DNA of 63,346 bases, the filler included, from Licmophora abbreviata (Eukaryota): NCBI GenBank assembly GCA_900291995.1. It is 28 parts of 28 records of this genome, joined end to end, with 100 filler letters (N's around TTAATTAATTAA, not from the genome) between each part and the next. Parts side by side here need not be neighbours in the genome. Positions count along the whole stretch, not along the records: positions 50,667 to 54,371 come from OLMU01002789.1; positions 54,472 to 59,276 come from OLMU01002790.1; positions 59,377 to 61,929 come from OLMU01002791.1; positions 62,030 to 63,346 come from OLMU01002797.1; 24 more parts are not named here. The stretch is one strand, 5' to 3'. The notes under the pieces were generated by a model that was not told the origin of the DNA, did no database searches, and saw only the letters and a program-made list of their open reading frames with translations. This document shows positions 52,813-63,346 of this stretch, one piece after another. Made by a program: the position numbers and the translations under genes. The stretch's first letter is position 1, and each line of letters opens with the position of its first letter.

Positions 52813-55798
52813 TTATTCCGCCTCCGGCTTTTTGTCCTGGACCCGCAAGGACGGATCGTAATCCATGGGCTCGACATTCACCGTCTCGCCCGCATGGCGC
52901 GCGATGCGCGACAGGCTGTAGAGCATCAGCATCACCGACCCGAGCACCGTCAGGAACACGCCCAGATCGAAGGCAAAGGCCGATCCAAGCCCGAACTTCT
53001 CGATCAGCGGCAGCTGGATATAGCCATAGATGCTGGTCAGGAAGGGCGCGCCACCCAGCCATGCGCCCACACCCGTCAGACCCGCGATCAACGCGCCCCA
53101 GCCGATCATCGAATGATACTCGATCCGCTGGCGGCCCTGGGTCCAGGCAAAGCCCGACGCCATGTACTGCATCAAAAGCGCGATCGAGATCACCAGCCCC
53201 GCCACGAAGCCGCCGCCCGGCTGGTTATGGCCACGCAGGAAGATATAGACGCCCACCATGACCGCAATCGGCAGCATGGCGCGGGTCGCCACCACCATCA
53301 TCAGCGGGTGCCGGTCGCGCGAACGGTCCGGCGGCACGGGTGCGGCCTTCAGCTTGCGCCCCGCAGGCCCGTTCAGCAGCGCCTCCATCAGCGCATAAAT
53401 CGTCAGGCCCGCGATCCCCAGCACGATGATCTCGCCATAGGTGTCATAGCCCCGGAAATCCACAAGGATCACGTTGACCACATTGGTGCCGCCACCGCCG
53501 GTATAGGAATTGTCCAGATGGAACTGCGAGATCGACGAGAAATCGCGCATCAGGAAGACCATCGCCAGCGCCGCGACCCCGCCGCCCGCCGCCACCGCGA
53601 TCACACCGTCGCGCAGCCGGTGCCGCACGGTGCTTTCCTTGGGCGTGGTCTTGGGCAGGAAATACAGCGCCAGCAACAGCAGCATGATCGTGACCGTCTC
53701 GACCGAGATCTGCGTCAGCGCCAGATCGGGGGCCGAAAGGTACACGAACCCGCTCGCCACCATCAGCCCGATCACCCCGATCAAAACCAGCGCCCGGAAC
53801 CGGTTGCGATGATTGATGACCACCAGCGCCGTCGCCACGATCAGCAACAGCCACCCCGCAGCCGCCACCGGCGGAATGGGCAGCAACTCGCGCGTCGGCG
53901 GGCTCATGTCCCCCCCGAGAAGGCCGCATAGCCAAGCGCCAGCGTCGCCGCCACGAAGATCGCCAGATAGCGGTTCATCGACCCGTTATGCAGCCCCTCG
54001 GTGACCCGAAGCGACAAAGCCACAAGACTGTCCACCAGCCCATCGAAAATCGCCTTGGCCTCGGGGCGCGGTGTCGCCAGCCATGCCCGGTCCAGCGGAC
54101 GATGCAGCGCCAGCAGGATCAGGCCGCCCACGACCGCGATCACCGACATGATCAACGCCATGTTCACGCCATGCCAGATCTTGAGCGAATAATACGGCAA
54201 CTCGCCCCCCGTCACCGCGGCACCCGCCATCGCCACGACCGGCCCCACCAGCTTGGGATAGATGCCGATCAGCACGACCATCACCACCAGCAGCGCGGGC
54301 GCGGCCCACATGCCGAAGGGCGGATCATGGGGCTTGGCGGGATAATCGTCGCGCTTCGGCCCGAAAAAGACNNNNNNNNNNNNNNNNNNNNNNNNNNNNN
54401 NNNNNNNNNNNNNNNTTAATTAATTAANNNNNNNNNNNNNNNNNNNNNNNNNNNNNNNNNNNNNNNNNNNNGCTTCGGCCCGAAAAAGACATGCACGATG
54501 AACCGCAAGGAATAGGCCACCGACAAGAGCGCCCCAAGCGTCGCCAGCGCCGGCACCGCCCACTCGCTCCCCGCCCATGCCGTGTCCGAGGCCGCGTCGA
54601 GCATCATTTCCTTCGACAGGAACCCGTTGAAGAACGGAATACCCGCCATCGACAGCGCCGCCGCCGTGCCGATCAGCGCGGTAATCGGCATCAGATGCCG
54701 CAACCCGCCAAGCCGCTTGATATCGCGGGTATGCGTCTCGTGATCGACGATCCCGGCGGTCATGAACAACGCCGCCTTGAAGGTCAGGTGATTGATGATG
54801 TGGAACACCGCCACCACCGCGGCGAATTTCGTCCCGAACCCCAGAAGCATGGTCAGAAGACCCAGATGACTGACCGTCGAAAACGCCAGCAGCGCCTTCA
54901 GATCATCCTTGAACAGCGCAATGAGCGCGCCCATCACCATCGTGATGAGCCCCGTGGTGGTCACGATATAAAACCACGCATCGGTCCCCGACAGCACCGG
55001 CCACATGCGCGCCATCAGGAACACGCCCGCCTTCACCATCGTGGCCGAGTGCAGATAGGCCGAGACCGGCGTCGGCGCGGCCATTGCATGCGGCAACCAG
55101 AAATGGAACGGGAACTGCGCCGATTTGGTGAACGCGCCCAAGAGGATCAGGATCAGCGCCGGCAGATACCAGTCCGACGCCCGGATCGCATCGCCCTGCT
55201 GCAAAATATCCGTCAGGTTATAGCTGCCCGCGATATTGCCAAGGATCAGCATCCCCCCGATCATCGCCAAGCCGCCCGCACCGGTCACCGCCAGCGCCAT
55301 CCGCGCGCCTTGCCGGCCTTCGGGCAGATGCTTCCAATAGCCGATCAGCAGGAAGGACGAGAGGCTCGTCAACTCCCAGAAGATCAGCAAAAGCAGGATG
55401 TTATCGGACAGAACGATGCCCAGCATCGCGCCCTGGAACAGCAAGAGGTACGTATAGAACTGACCCATCGGGTCTTCGCTGGCCAAATAAAAGCGCGCAT
55501 AAAGCGTGATCAGCAGGCCCACGCCAAGGATCATCATCGCAAACAGCAGGCCCAGACCGTCCAGAAAGAAACTCGCCGTCAGGCCCAGTTGCGGCAGCCA
55601 CGCGATCTCGGCGGTCAGCACCTCACCGCGCAGCACCGCAGGCGTCAGCGTGCCCAGCACGACGATCGCCGCGATGGTCGGCACGGCGGTGAAACTGGCG
55701 CAGGCCGTGCGCCCCGCACGGATCATCAGCCCCGGAACAAGCGCCCCCAGAAAGGGCAAAAGCGCAATGATAGGTAAAAGACTGCCGCCGTTGCTCAT
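52813..55798 (-). CDS. phaA: Fused Mrp/Pha antiporter subunit A/B; spacer at 54372 and apparent one-base frameshift near 53912
   Basis: WELTSLSSF, KSAQFPFHFWLP, APTPVSAYLHSATMVKAG, APDLALTQ, NVVNVILVDFRGYDT, GHNQPGGGF. Confidence 0.92.
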
Positions 55799-56077
55799 GT
55801 CTGCCCCGTTCTAAACGTTCGTCGCGCGTTCTGAAAGCAAGGTCGCCACATGATCTGAGCCATGTCTCATACCTGCCCCTGTTGGTCCGGTCGTTCTGGG
55901 CCATCGAAACGACCCGTACGCCGGCGTTTCTTATAGATTTTGTCAGATTGGCGTCAAGTCAAGTCGGCGGCCGAAGTTTATGCTGCGTCAAAAGATACAC
56001 CTGCTCCCACAGGGACGGCAAAAACTGGCGATCTTTTCGATCCGCAACGGGCCACGCCCGCACCGCATGGCGTGCCG

Positions 56078-56752
56078 TCAATAATTGCCAGCCACGTATT
56101 TCGCGATGGCGGCGCCGCGCGAATTCACGTCCAGCTTCTGATAGATCGCCTTGAGGTAATACTTGACCGTATTCTCGCTCAGCCCCAGCCGGGCGGAGAT
56201 CTGGAAATTGGTCAGCCCGTCCACCAAAAGCGCCAGAATCTCATGCTCGCGCCGCGACAGCGAATCCGTATTGTCCGAAGTCAGCCGCTTGAGGATATCC
56301 GACGGCACGATCGAATGCCCCTCTACCAGCTTGCCAAGGATCTTCGGAAGGCTGGTCAGGATCTGGCTCATCATGCAGACCGAATTGGCGCCCTGCTTGA
56401 TCGCGGTGCGGATAAAGGCGAACTCGGTCTCGTCGGCCACCACCACGACCATCACATCGGGGTAATCCTTGCGCACCTGCTCCAGAATTTGCGTCAGATC
56501 GCCATCCGCCAGCCGCACGCCAAGGATCAGGATGGTCTTGCCCTGCGCCACCGACAGAAGCTTCTTCAGACTGGCCTTGTCGGTCGCGAAGGCGCCCAGC
56601 CTCACCTCGGGGATCTGCGCCACGAGCGAGCCGATACCCTGACAGACGATCACCTGCCTGTCGGCCACGATGACGTTGGGCGCAGCGTCGGCGCCAAGGG
56701 CGTCGGCGACCTCCTCCAAGGGCGCCTCGGCAATGGGCTGTGTCTCCTCCAT
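56078..56752 (-). CDS. NarL/LuxR-type regulator with a degenerate (pseudo) receiver domain
   Basis: C-terminal LSRREHEIL...[19 protein letters not shown]; receiver-like N-terminus lacks the phospho-Asp and the conserved Lys. Confidence 0.85.
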   Translation of the reverse strand: MEETQPIAEAPLEEVADALGADAAPNVIVADRQVIVCQGIGSLVAQIPEVRLGAFATDKASLKKLLSVAQGKTILILGVRLADGDLTQILEQVRKDYPDVMVVVVADETEFAFIRTAIKQGANSVCMMSQILTSLPKILGKLVEGHSIVPSDILKRLTSDNTDSLSRREHEILALLVDGLTNFQISARLGLSENTVKYYLKAIYQKLDVNSRGAAIAKYVAGNY

Positions 56753-57016
56753 CTGACGATCTTACACCAGGTTCGATAAAATCCTATGCATTGAATTGCG
56801 ACATTTGACCGTCGGAAACCGATGATTTTAAACGAAATTTCGGCATACCGAGGCATACCCCCGCAAATCGTTCTCTAGCGTCACCCAATCGGGTGGCCGC
56901 CCCCTACCCGTTCGGTGGCGCGGCTCCGCCTTCGGTCTGCTTGACCATTCCTTCGGGCATATCGCGGCAAGGGTCCTGCGCCGATACATGGGTCAATCAT
57001 CATTCGGAGAGACCCC

Positions 57017-58222
57017 ATGAACGGCTATCAGCACCTTTTCATCCCCGGGCCTACCAATGTGCCCGAACCCGTCCGCCAGTCGATGAACATCCCCATGGAA
57101 GACATGCGCGCGCCCGATTTCGGCGATTTCGTGAGCGGGCTTCTGAGCGACCTCAAGAAAGTCTACCGCCTGCAGAATGGCCGCGTCTTCGTGTTCCCCG
57201 CCTCAGGCACCGGCGCTTGGGAATCGGCCATCTCCAACACGCTCAACACCGGCGACAAGGTTCTGATGTCGCGTTTCGGGCAGTTCTCACTTCTCTGGGT
57301 CGACATGGCCGAACGTCTGGGCCTCGATGTCGATGTCTGCGACGTGGACTGGGGCAAGGGCGTCCCGGTCGAAGACTATGCCGCCAAGCTGCGCGCCGAC
57401 AAAACCCACCAGATCAAGGCCGTCTTCGCCACCCAGAACGAAACCGCGACCGGCGTGACCTCGGATATCGCCGCCATCCGCCGCGCCCTCGATGACGCGG
57501 GCCATCCCGCCATGCTCTTCGTCGACGGGGTCAGCTCCATCGCCTCGGTCGAATTCGAAATGGAAGCATGGGGTGTCGATCTCGCCGTCTCCGGCTCGCA
57601 AAAAGGCTTCATGCTGCCCGCGGGCCTCGGCATCCTCGGCGTCTCCGACAAGGCTCTGGCCGCCCATGCAAAGGCCACCATGCCGCGCTGCTATTTCAGC
57701 TTCGAGGACATGATCAAGCTCAACGACACCGGCTATTTCCCCTATACCCCCGCAACCCAGCTTCTGCGCGGGTTGCGCTGTTCTCTGGATCTTCTGCTCG
57801 AGGCGGGCATGGAAACCGTCTGGGCGCGCCACAAGCGTCTGGCCCAGGGCGTGCGCGCCGCCGTCGCCGCCTGGGACGGATGCGAGCTGGTCGCGCGTGG
57901 CCACGAATGGCACTCCGATACCGTCTCGGCGATCTATGCCCCGCCCGGCATCGACGCACGCGACGTGATCTCGACCGCCTATTACAAATACCAGACCTCG
58001 CTCGGCTCGGGTCTCAACAAGCTGGCGGGCCGCGCCTTCCGCATCGGGCATCTGGGCTCGCTCAATCCGGTGATGCTCTGCTCTGCGATCTCGGCCGCCG
58101 AAATGTCGCTGCGCGACGCCGGCGCCCAGATCGTGCCCGGCTCGGGCGTGGCCGCCGCTCAAGAACATTTCCGCGTCACCACGCCGGACATGATGCAGCA
58201 GATCACCTCCAAGGCCGCCTGA
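57017..58222 (+). CDS. sgaA: Serine--glyoxylate aminotransferase (class V PLP)
   Basis: HLFIPGPTNVP, SGTGAWE, NETATG, VDGVSS, GSQKGFMLPAG, FRIGHLG; serine-cycle context. Confidence 0.85.
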   Translation: MNGYQHLFIPGPTNVPEPVRQSMNIPMEDMRAPDFGDFVSGLLSDLKKVYRLQNGRVFVFPASGTGAWESAISNTLNTGDKVLMSRFGQFSLLWVDMAERLGLDVDVCDVDWGKGVPVEDYAAKLRADKTHQIKAVFATQNETATGVTSDIAAIRRALDDAGHPAMLFVDGVSSIASVEFEMEAWGVDLAVSGSQKGFMLPAGLGILGVSDKALAAHAKATMPRCYFSFEDMIKLNDTGYFPYTPATQLLRGLRCSLDLLLEAGMETVWARHKRLAQGVRAAVAAWDGCELVARGHEWHSDTVSAIYAPPGIDARDVISTAYYKYQTSLGSGLNKLAGRAFRIGHLGSLNPVMLCSAISAAEMSLRDAGAQIVPGSGVAAAQEHFRVTTPDMMQQITSKAA

Positions 58223-58226
58223 GCGC

Positions 58227-59201
58227 ATGACCAGACCCAAGGTTCTCGTCACCCGCGCCTGGCCCGCCGATACCGAAGCCCGTCTCGGCCAACTGGCCGA
58301 GACGACATTCCGCCACCCCGACACGCCGATGACCGCCGACGAGTTCATGGCGGCGGCCACCACCTATGACGCGATCCTGCCCACCGTCTCGGATACCATC
58401 CCCGCAGCCTTCTACCCCGCCGCCGCAGGCCGGGTGAAACTGCTGGCCAACTATGGCGTGGGCTACAATCACATCGACATCGCCGCCGCCCGCGCCGCGG
58501 GCATCGCGGTCACCAACACCCCCGGTGTGCTCACCGATTGCACCGCCGATCTGGCCATGGGGCTTCTGCTGGCCGCAGCCCGCCGCATCGGCGAGGGCGA
58601 ACGCGAACTACGCGCCGGTCACTGGTCCGGCTGGCGGCCCACCCACATGATCGGCAAGAAAGTTTCGGGCGCCACCTTGGGCATCGTCGGCTTCGGCCGC
58701 ATCGGTCAGGCCATGGCCCGCCGCGCCTATCACGGCTTCGGCATGAAGATCGTCGTCTACAACCGCTCGCCCGTCGATCAGGACACGCTGCGCGCCTATC
58801 ACGCCATCCAGCCCGACACCTTGCACGAGGTCGCGGCCCGGTCCGACATCCTGTCGCTGCATTGCCCCGGCGGCCCCGAGACACGCCACCTGATCGACGC
58901 GGGCGTGTTCGCGGCGATGAAGCCCGGCGCGCTTCTGGTGAATACCGCGCGCGGCGACGTGGTCGACGAAGAGGCACTGTTTGCCGCGCTCGACAGCGGC
59001 CATCTGGGCGGCGCAGGACTGGACGTGTTCCAGAACGAACCCGCGCTCGATCCGCGTTTTCTCGCCCATGACACCTGCGTGCTCGCCCCGCATCTGGGCA
59101 GCGCCACCGACGCCACCCGCGCCGCCATGGGCCACAAGGCCATCGACAATCTCGTGGCTTTCCTGCGCGGCGACACCCCGCCCGATCTTGTCACCGCCTG
59201 A
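58227..59201 (+). CDS. D-2-hydroxyacid dehydrogenase (hydroxypyruvate/glyoxylate reductase-like)
   Basis: NYGVGYNHID, VTNTPGVLT, GFGRIG, NTARG, GLDVFQNEP, PHLGSAT. Confidence 0.88.
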   Translation: MTRPKVLVTRAWPADTEARLGQLAETTFRHPDTPMTADEFMAAATTYDAILPTVSDTIPAAFYPAAAGRVKLLANYGVGYNHIDIAAARAAGIAVTNTPGVLTDCTADLAMGLLLAAARRIGEGERELRAGHWSGWRPTHMIGKKVSGATLGIVGFGRIGQAMARRAYHGFGMKIVVYNRSPVDQDTLRAYHAIQPDTLHEVAARSDILSLHCPGGPETRHLIDAGVFAAMKPGALLVNTARGDVVDEEALFAALDSGHLGGAGLDVFQNEPALDPRFLAHDTCVLAPHLGSATDATRAAMGHKAIDNLVAFLRGDTPPDLVTA

Positions 59202-59434
59202 GCCGCCCTCATGCCTCCATGCAACCCCAAGACGATCTCCATCAAGCCGAGCCCCGGTTCACCACGGCATCCCGCCNNNNNNNNNNNNNNNNNNNNNNNN
59301 NNNNNNNNNNNNNNNNNNNNTTAATTAATTAANNNNNNNNNNNNNNNNNNNNNNNNNNNNNNNNNNNNNNNNNNNNAGGCTGAACCCAAGCAGCGCCGTC
59401 ACCCCGACCGCCCCTGCCCGGAAGGAAGACCACC

Positions 59435-60379
59435 ATGAGCTACACTCTGCACCCCCTGAAGAAACAACGCCTCCAGCGCTCGGAACTCGCCGTGCCCGGC
59501 TCCAACCCCTCGATGATCGACAAGGCCGCCGACAGCGCCGCCGATTACATCTTCTTCGATCTCGAAGACGCCGTGGCGCCCCCCGACAAGATCAAGGCCC
59601 GCGCCAATATCATCCAAGCGCTCAACGACATCGACTGGAAGGCCAAGGGCAAGACCATCTCGATCCGGATCAACGGTCTGGACACGCATTACATGTATCG
59701 CGATGTGGTCGAGGTGCTGGAACAGGCAGGATCCCATGTCGACACGATCCTCGTGCCCAAGGTCGGCGTGCCCGCCGATCTCTACACGGTCGAGACGATG
59801 ATCTCCCAGATCGAAGAGGCTTGCGCGCTGCCCCATCGCATCGGGCTCGAGGCGCTGATCGAAACCGCCCTCGGCATGGCCAATGTCGAAGCCATCGCCG
59901 CCGCCCCCGGCCGGCTCGAGGCGCTGCATTTCGGCGTGGCCGATTACGCCGCCTCCAACCGCGCCCGCACCGTGGTGATCGGCGGGCTGAACCCCGACTA
60001 TCCCGGCGACCAGTGGCATTTCGCGCTTTCCCGCATGACCGTCGCCTGCCGCGCCTATGGGCTTCGGGCGATCGACGGCCCGTTCGGCGATTTCTCCGAT
60101 CCCGACGGATATATCCTGTCGGCCAAGCGCGCCGCCGCCCTCGGGATCGAAGGCAAATGGGCGATCCATCCCAGCCAGATCGCACTGGCCAATGATGTGT
60201 TCTCGCCCCCCGAAGCCGAAGTGACCCGCGCCCGCCGCATTCTCGAGGAACTCAAGAAGGCCGAAGCGCAGGGCAAGGGCGCCGCCAGCCTCGACGGCAA
60301 GATGATAGACGCGGCCAGCGAACGCATGGCCAACAACGTGATCACCGTGGCCGACGCCATCGCGGCGCAGCACGGTTAA
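59435..60379 (+). CDS. mcl: Malyl-CoA/beta-methylmalyl-CoA lyase
   Basis: [51 protein letters not shown]. Confidence 0.9.
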   Translation: MSYTLHPLKKQRLQRSELAVPGSNPSMIDKAADSAADYIFFDLEDAVAPPDKIKARANIIQALNDIDWKAKGKTISIRINGLDTHYMYRDVVEVLEQAGSHVDTILVPKVGVPADLYTVETMISQIEEACALPHRIGLEALIETALGMANVEAIAAAPGRLEALHFGVADYAASNRARTVVIGGLNPDYPGDQWHFALSRMTVACRAYGLRAIDGPFGDFSDPDGYILSAKRAAALGIEGKWAIHPSQIALANDVFSPPEAEVTRARRILEELKKAEAQGKGAASLDGKMIDAASERMANNVITVADAIAAQHG

Positions 60380-60399
60380 CCGGCAAGGGAGGACCCACC

Positions 60400-61584
60400 A
60401 TGGATATCCACGAATACCAGGCCAAGGAGCTGCTCAAGCGGTTCGGCGTGCAGGTGCCGCGCGGCGGCATCGCCTACAGCCCCGAACAGGCGGTCTACCG
60501 CGCCAGCGAACTGTCGGGCGAACGCTGGGTCGTCAAGGCCCAGATCCATTCCGGCGCGCGCGGCAAGGCAGGCGGCGTGCGCATCTGCTCCTCCGAAGAG
60601 GAAATCGCCGACGCCGCGCAATGGATGCTGGGCCGCAAGCTGGTCACCCATCAGACCGGCCCTCAGGGCAAGCTGGTCAGCCGTCTCTATGTCGAGGAAG
60701 CCACCAATATCGCTCAGGAAATCTATCTTGGCCTCGTGATGGACCGCAAGCTCGAGCGCGTGGTCGTCGTGGCCTCGGCCCAGGGCGGCATGGAAATCGA
60801 GGAAATCTCGGCCGATGAACCCGACTCGATCATCCGCTCCGTCGTCGATCCGGCGGTGGGCATGCAGGCATTCCAGGCCCGCGAAATCGCGTTTTCGCTG
60901 GGGCTCGAGCCGCCGATGATCGCCCAAGCCGTCAAGACCATCCTCGGCTGCTACGCCCTGATGAGCGAGATGGACGCCAACATGGTCGAGGTAAACCCGA
61001 TGGTCGTCACCCACTCGGGCGAGATCGTGGCGCTCGACGCCAAGATCAGCTTCGACGACAACGCCCTCTTCCGCCGCCCCGAGATCTCCGAACTGCGCGA
61101 CAAGAGCCAGGAAGACACCCGCGAAACCTTCGCCGAGGATCGCGGCCTGTCCTATATCGGGCTCGATGGCGAGATCGGCTGCATCGTCAACGGCGCGGGC
61201 CTCGCGATGGCGACGCTCGACATGATCAAGATGGCGGGCGGCGAGCCTGCCAATTTCCTCGACGTGGGCGGCGGCGCCAGCCCCGACCGGGTGCTGATGT
61301 CCTTCAAGGCGGTGCTCAACGACCCCAATGTCGAGGCGATCCTCGTGAACATCTTCGCGGGCATCAACCGCTGCGACTGGATCGCCGAAGGCGTGGTGCG
61401 CGCCATGCGCGAACTCGAGTTGCAGATGCCCGTGGTCGTGCGCCTGTCGGGCACCAATGTCGAGGAAGGCCGCAAGATCCTCGCCGAAAGCGGCCTTGCC
61501 GTGATCCCCGCCGAAACGCTGGCCGATGCCGCCGACAAGGTGGTGGGCGCCTGGAAAGACGCCAAATTCAAGGAGGCTTCGTAA
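60400..61584 (+). CDS. mtkA: Malate--CoA ligase (malate thiokinase) beta subunit, SucC paralogue
   Basis: [34 protein letters not shown]; adjacent to mcl. Confidence 0.85.
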   Translation: MDIHEYQAKELLKRFGVQVPRGGIAYSPEQAVYRASELSGERWVVKAQIHSGARGKAGGVRICSSEEEIADAAQWMLGRKLVTHQTGPQGKLVSRLYVEEATNIAQEIYLGLVMDRKLERVVVVASAQGGMEIEEISADEPDSIIRSVVDPAVGMQAFQAREIAFSLGLEPPMIAQAVKTILGCYALMSEMDANMVEVNPMVVTHSGEIVALDAKISFDDNALFRRPEISELRDKSQEDTRETFAEDRGLSYIGLDGEIGCIVNGAGLAMATLDMIKMAGGEPANFLDVGGGASPDRVLMSFKAVLNDPNVEAILVNIFAGINRCDWIAEGVVRAMRELELQMPVVVRLSGTNVEEGRKILAESGLAVIPAETLADAADKVVGAWKDAKFKEAS

Positions 61585-61929
61585 TGGCCATTCTCATCGA
61601 TAGCGACGCCAAAGTACTTGTGACCGGCTTCACCGGGCGGATCGGCACGTTTCATACCCAGGACATGATCAACCACGGGACCAACGTGGTGGGCGGCGTG
61701 ACGCCGGGCAAGGGCGGCAGCACCCATCTGGGCCTGCCGGTCTTCAACACCGTCAAGGGGGCGGTGGCCGAAACCGGCGCCGAGCTGGCCATCAGCTTCG
61801 TGCCCCCGCCCTTCGCCGCCGATTCGATCATGGAAGCGGCCGATGCGGGCATCCAGACCTGCGTCTGCATCGCCGACGGAATACCGGCGGCCGACATGAT
61901 CCGCGTCAAACGCTACATGCGCCGCTACA
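61584..61929 (+). CDS. mtkB: Malate--CoA ligase alpha subunit, 5' part
   Basis: [47 protein letters not shown]. Confidence 0.85.
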
Positions 61930-62029
61930 NNNNNNNNNNNNNNNNNNNNNNNNNNNNNNNNNNNNNNNNNNNNTTAATTAATTAANNNNNNNNNNNNNNN
62001 NNNNNNNNNNNNNNNNNNNNNNNNNNNNN

Positions 62030-62183
62030 CAATCAGCGCCGCAAGATGCTGCGCTCCGCCCTCAAGGGACTCGCCCCCGATCTCGAAGACCGGCTGCTCG
62101 CCGCCGGCATCCAGCCCACCGACCGCGCCGAAACCGTCGGGCTCGAGCAATTCTGCGCGCTAGCCCGCAGCCTCAAATCCTAA
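62030..62183 (+). CDS. rsmA: 16S rRNA dimethyltransferase KsgA, C-terminal fragment
   Basis: [13 protein letters not shown]...[15 protein letters not shown], read manually. Confidence 0.85.
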
Positions 62184-62200
62184 GGGCAAACAGAAAAACA

Positions 62201-62238
62201 GGGGCCGAAGCCCCCGTTTCATCGTTCCATAAATACTC
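62201..62238. repeat. Degenerate family A-like element abutting family B copy 2
   Basis: GGGGC-CGAA-GCCCC hairpin followed by GTTTCATCGTTCCATAAATACTC, resembling the family A head. Confidence 0.4.
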
Positions 62239-62255
62239 GATATCCCGCCGCGATC

Positions 62256-62374
62256 CTAAAGCGTTTCACCTTTAACCTGAGGCATCAGCCAAAGGCGAAA
62301 CGCGCGCAAAGATTGAACAGAGCCCGGCATTTCGCGAAACTCTGTGCATCAGGTTTTTTCGCGAAACGCTTTAT
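62256..62374. repeat. About 119-bp CIR/RIME/Bru-RS-like intergenic element, family B, copy 2
   Basis: CTAAAGCG...CCTTTAACCTGAGGCATCAGC...GATTGAAC...GCGAAACGCTTTA shared with 48632-48749. Confidence 0.85.
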
Positions 62375-62982
62375 TCAGCGGCCTCGGTCGCATCCGATCC
62401 ACCTTCGGCCCCGGCACTCGCTTTCTGGCCATCGTCACCGGCCTCGGGCTGGACTTTCTTGGCCCGGGGTTTGCGGGGCCGTTTCGGCTTTTCGGCCTTC
62501 TGGCTTTCGGGGGTCTCCACAAGACTGCTTTCGTCGCTGTCCTGTGCCGGCTCCAGATCGGGCTGCGGCGCGTTGGCCATGTCGACCGCCTCGGCCGGCT
62601 CGTGTTCCGGGCGCTTTGGCCGGTCGGGACGCTCTACGCGGTCAGGACGCTCTGCCCGGTCGGGACGCTCCGCCCGGTCGCGCTCGGCCTGACGGTCGCG
62701 GTTTTCGCGCTCCTGCTGCTCGCGGCGGGCATCCTGATCCTTCTGGGCCGCGCCCAGCATCCTCAGGTAATGTTCCGCATGCTGCTGGAAATTCTCGGCC
62801 GCGACGCGGTCATTTCCCAGTTGCGCATCGCGTGCCAGCTGGTTGTACTTGTCGATGATCTGTTGCGGGGTGCCGCGCACCTTGCCCTCGGGCCCCGAAC
62901 TTTCGAAGACCCGATTGACGATGTTCCCCATCGAGCGGTTGCGGCCGGTTTTGTTCCGCGAACGTGACTTGGATGATCTCAT
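62371..62982 (-). CDS. DUF4167 domain protein
   Basis: FESSGPEGKVRGTPQQIIDKY...AENFQQHAEHYLR plus a disordered tail; follows prmC. Confidence 0.9.
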   Translation of the reverse strand: MRSSKSRSRNKTGRNRSMGNIVNRVFESSGPEGKVRGTPQQIIDKYNQLARDAQLGNDRVAAENFQQHAEHYLRMLGAAQKDQDARREQQERENRDRQAERDRAERPDRAERPDRVERPDRPKRPEHEPAEAVDMANAPQPDLEPAQDSDESSLVETPESQKAEKPKRPRKPRAKKVQPEAGDDGQKASAGAEGGSDATEAAE

Positions 62983-63211
62983 TGGTTTAGCTGTTCAGCC
63001 CTGTGCTCAAAGTGTCGCTCGATCCGATTGGCGCCCTGTGCGCCATATTATTCGCCCGGATCCGACATGTATTGGCTTAGGTCAAGCGCAACGCCATTCG
63101 TAGCGTGTGATACATCTTGACTGCTATCCACTAAACACGCTGCGGCGCACGTTACAAGTGCTATCGGGAAAATTATCTGCAATTGAGCGGATTTTCCCGT
63201 GTTTTCAGGGC

Positions 63212-63346
63212 TCAACCGGGCCAGACAGCCTCCACGACCCGGTCGCGCCCATCCAGATCGGGCCGAACGCAGACCTCGGCGAATCCCCCCGCCCGCATCA
63301 GATCGGCCACATCCGCTCCCTGCCGCCAGCCGATTTCCACCATCAG
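63212..63346 (-). CDS. prmC: Release factor glutamine methyltransferase, C-terminal fragment
   Basis: LMVEIGWRQGADV...DLDGRDRVV, read manually. Confidence 0.85.
   Translation of the reverse strand: MMVEIGWRQGADVADLMRAGGFAEVCVRPDLDGRDRVVEAVWPG

Noticed and set aside
52813..53907. Separate phaB gene
   Set aside because: The break is inside the A-subunit region at a 7-G run, and one added G fuses the frames as in the usual PhaAB.
55800..56070. Sodium or lithium riboswitch upstream of the pha operon
   Set aside because: I could not match a known consensus by eye; an Infernal search would be needed.
60400..61929. sucCD (succinyl-CoA synthetase)
   Set aside because: GARGKAGG and [10 protein letters not shown] variants and the position after mcl, not beside mdh/sucAB, favour malate thiokinase.
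1587..62029. Regularly recurring TTAATTAATTAA as a CRISPR repeat, CtrA site or biological repeat
   Set aside because: Always centred in exactly 44 N on each side; it is an assembly spacer with six-frame stops.
61930..62029. Physical linkage of mtkB to rsmA
   Set aside because: Both genes are truncated at the spacer and the genes normally upstream of rsmA are missing, so gap size and adjacency are unknown.
62610..62690. 18-nt tandem repeats (ERPDR units) in the DUF4167 gene
   Set aside because: Ordinary low-complexity coding repeats in a disordered tail; no spacers, so not an array.

Overview
High-GC alphaproteobacterial chromosome, Rhodobacteraceae/Roseobacter-group gene content and order. 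It is a draft assembly of about 28 short contigs joined by 27 artificial 100-nt spacers (44 N + TTAATTAATTAA + 44 N), so many genes are interrupted. 1-30.4 kb is core genome: uvrA with a LexA box, lpdA, queA, bcp, M23 peptidase-bactofilin, HNH nuclease, cobK-cbiD/cobA-cobB, cysS-cimA, mttB, a sensor kinase and tRNA-Asn. Directly after tRNA-Asn is an accessory block: ABC transporter, pqqABCDE (pqqA missed by the ORF track), a PQQ sugar-dehydrogenase coupled to a dihaem cytochrome c, a VanZ-domain protein with a Tat metallophosphoesterase, an ABC1 kinase and an AerR/PpaA-like B12-binding protein. Next come a trigonelline(tgn)-like N-methylpyridinium betaine catabolic operon, an Mrp/Pha antiporter operon, a serine-cycle cluster (sgaA, hpr-like, mcl, mtkAB) opposite a pseudo-receiver LuxR regulator, and the ends of rsmA and prmC around a DUF4167 gene. 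The strongest unannotated signal is a probably leaderless Thr/Ile/Cys-rich leader peptide (MTIRCTIICCITT) followed by an anti-SD/anti-AUG switch upstream of cysS-cimA. Other unannotated signals are a structured RNA candidate and palindromic operator before lpdA, DnaA and NrdR-like boxes before the HNH gene, and two families of small palindromic intergenic repeats. All product calls come from motif recognition only; no database searches were run.
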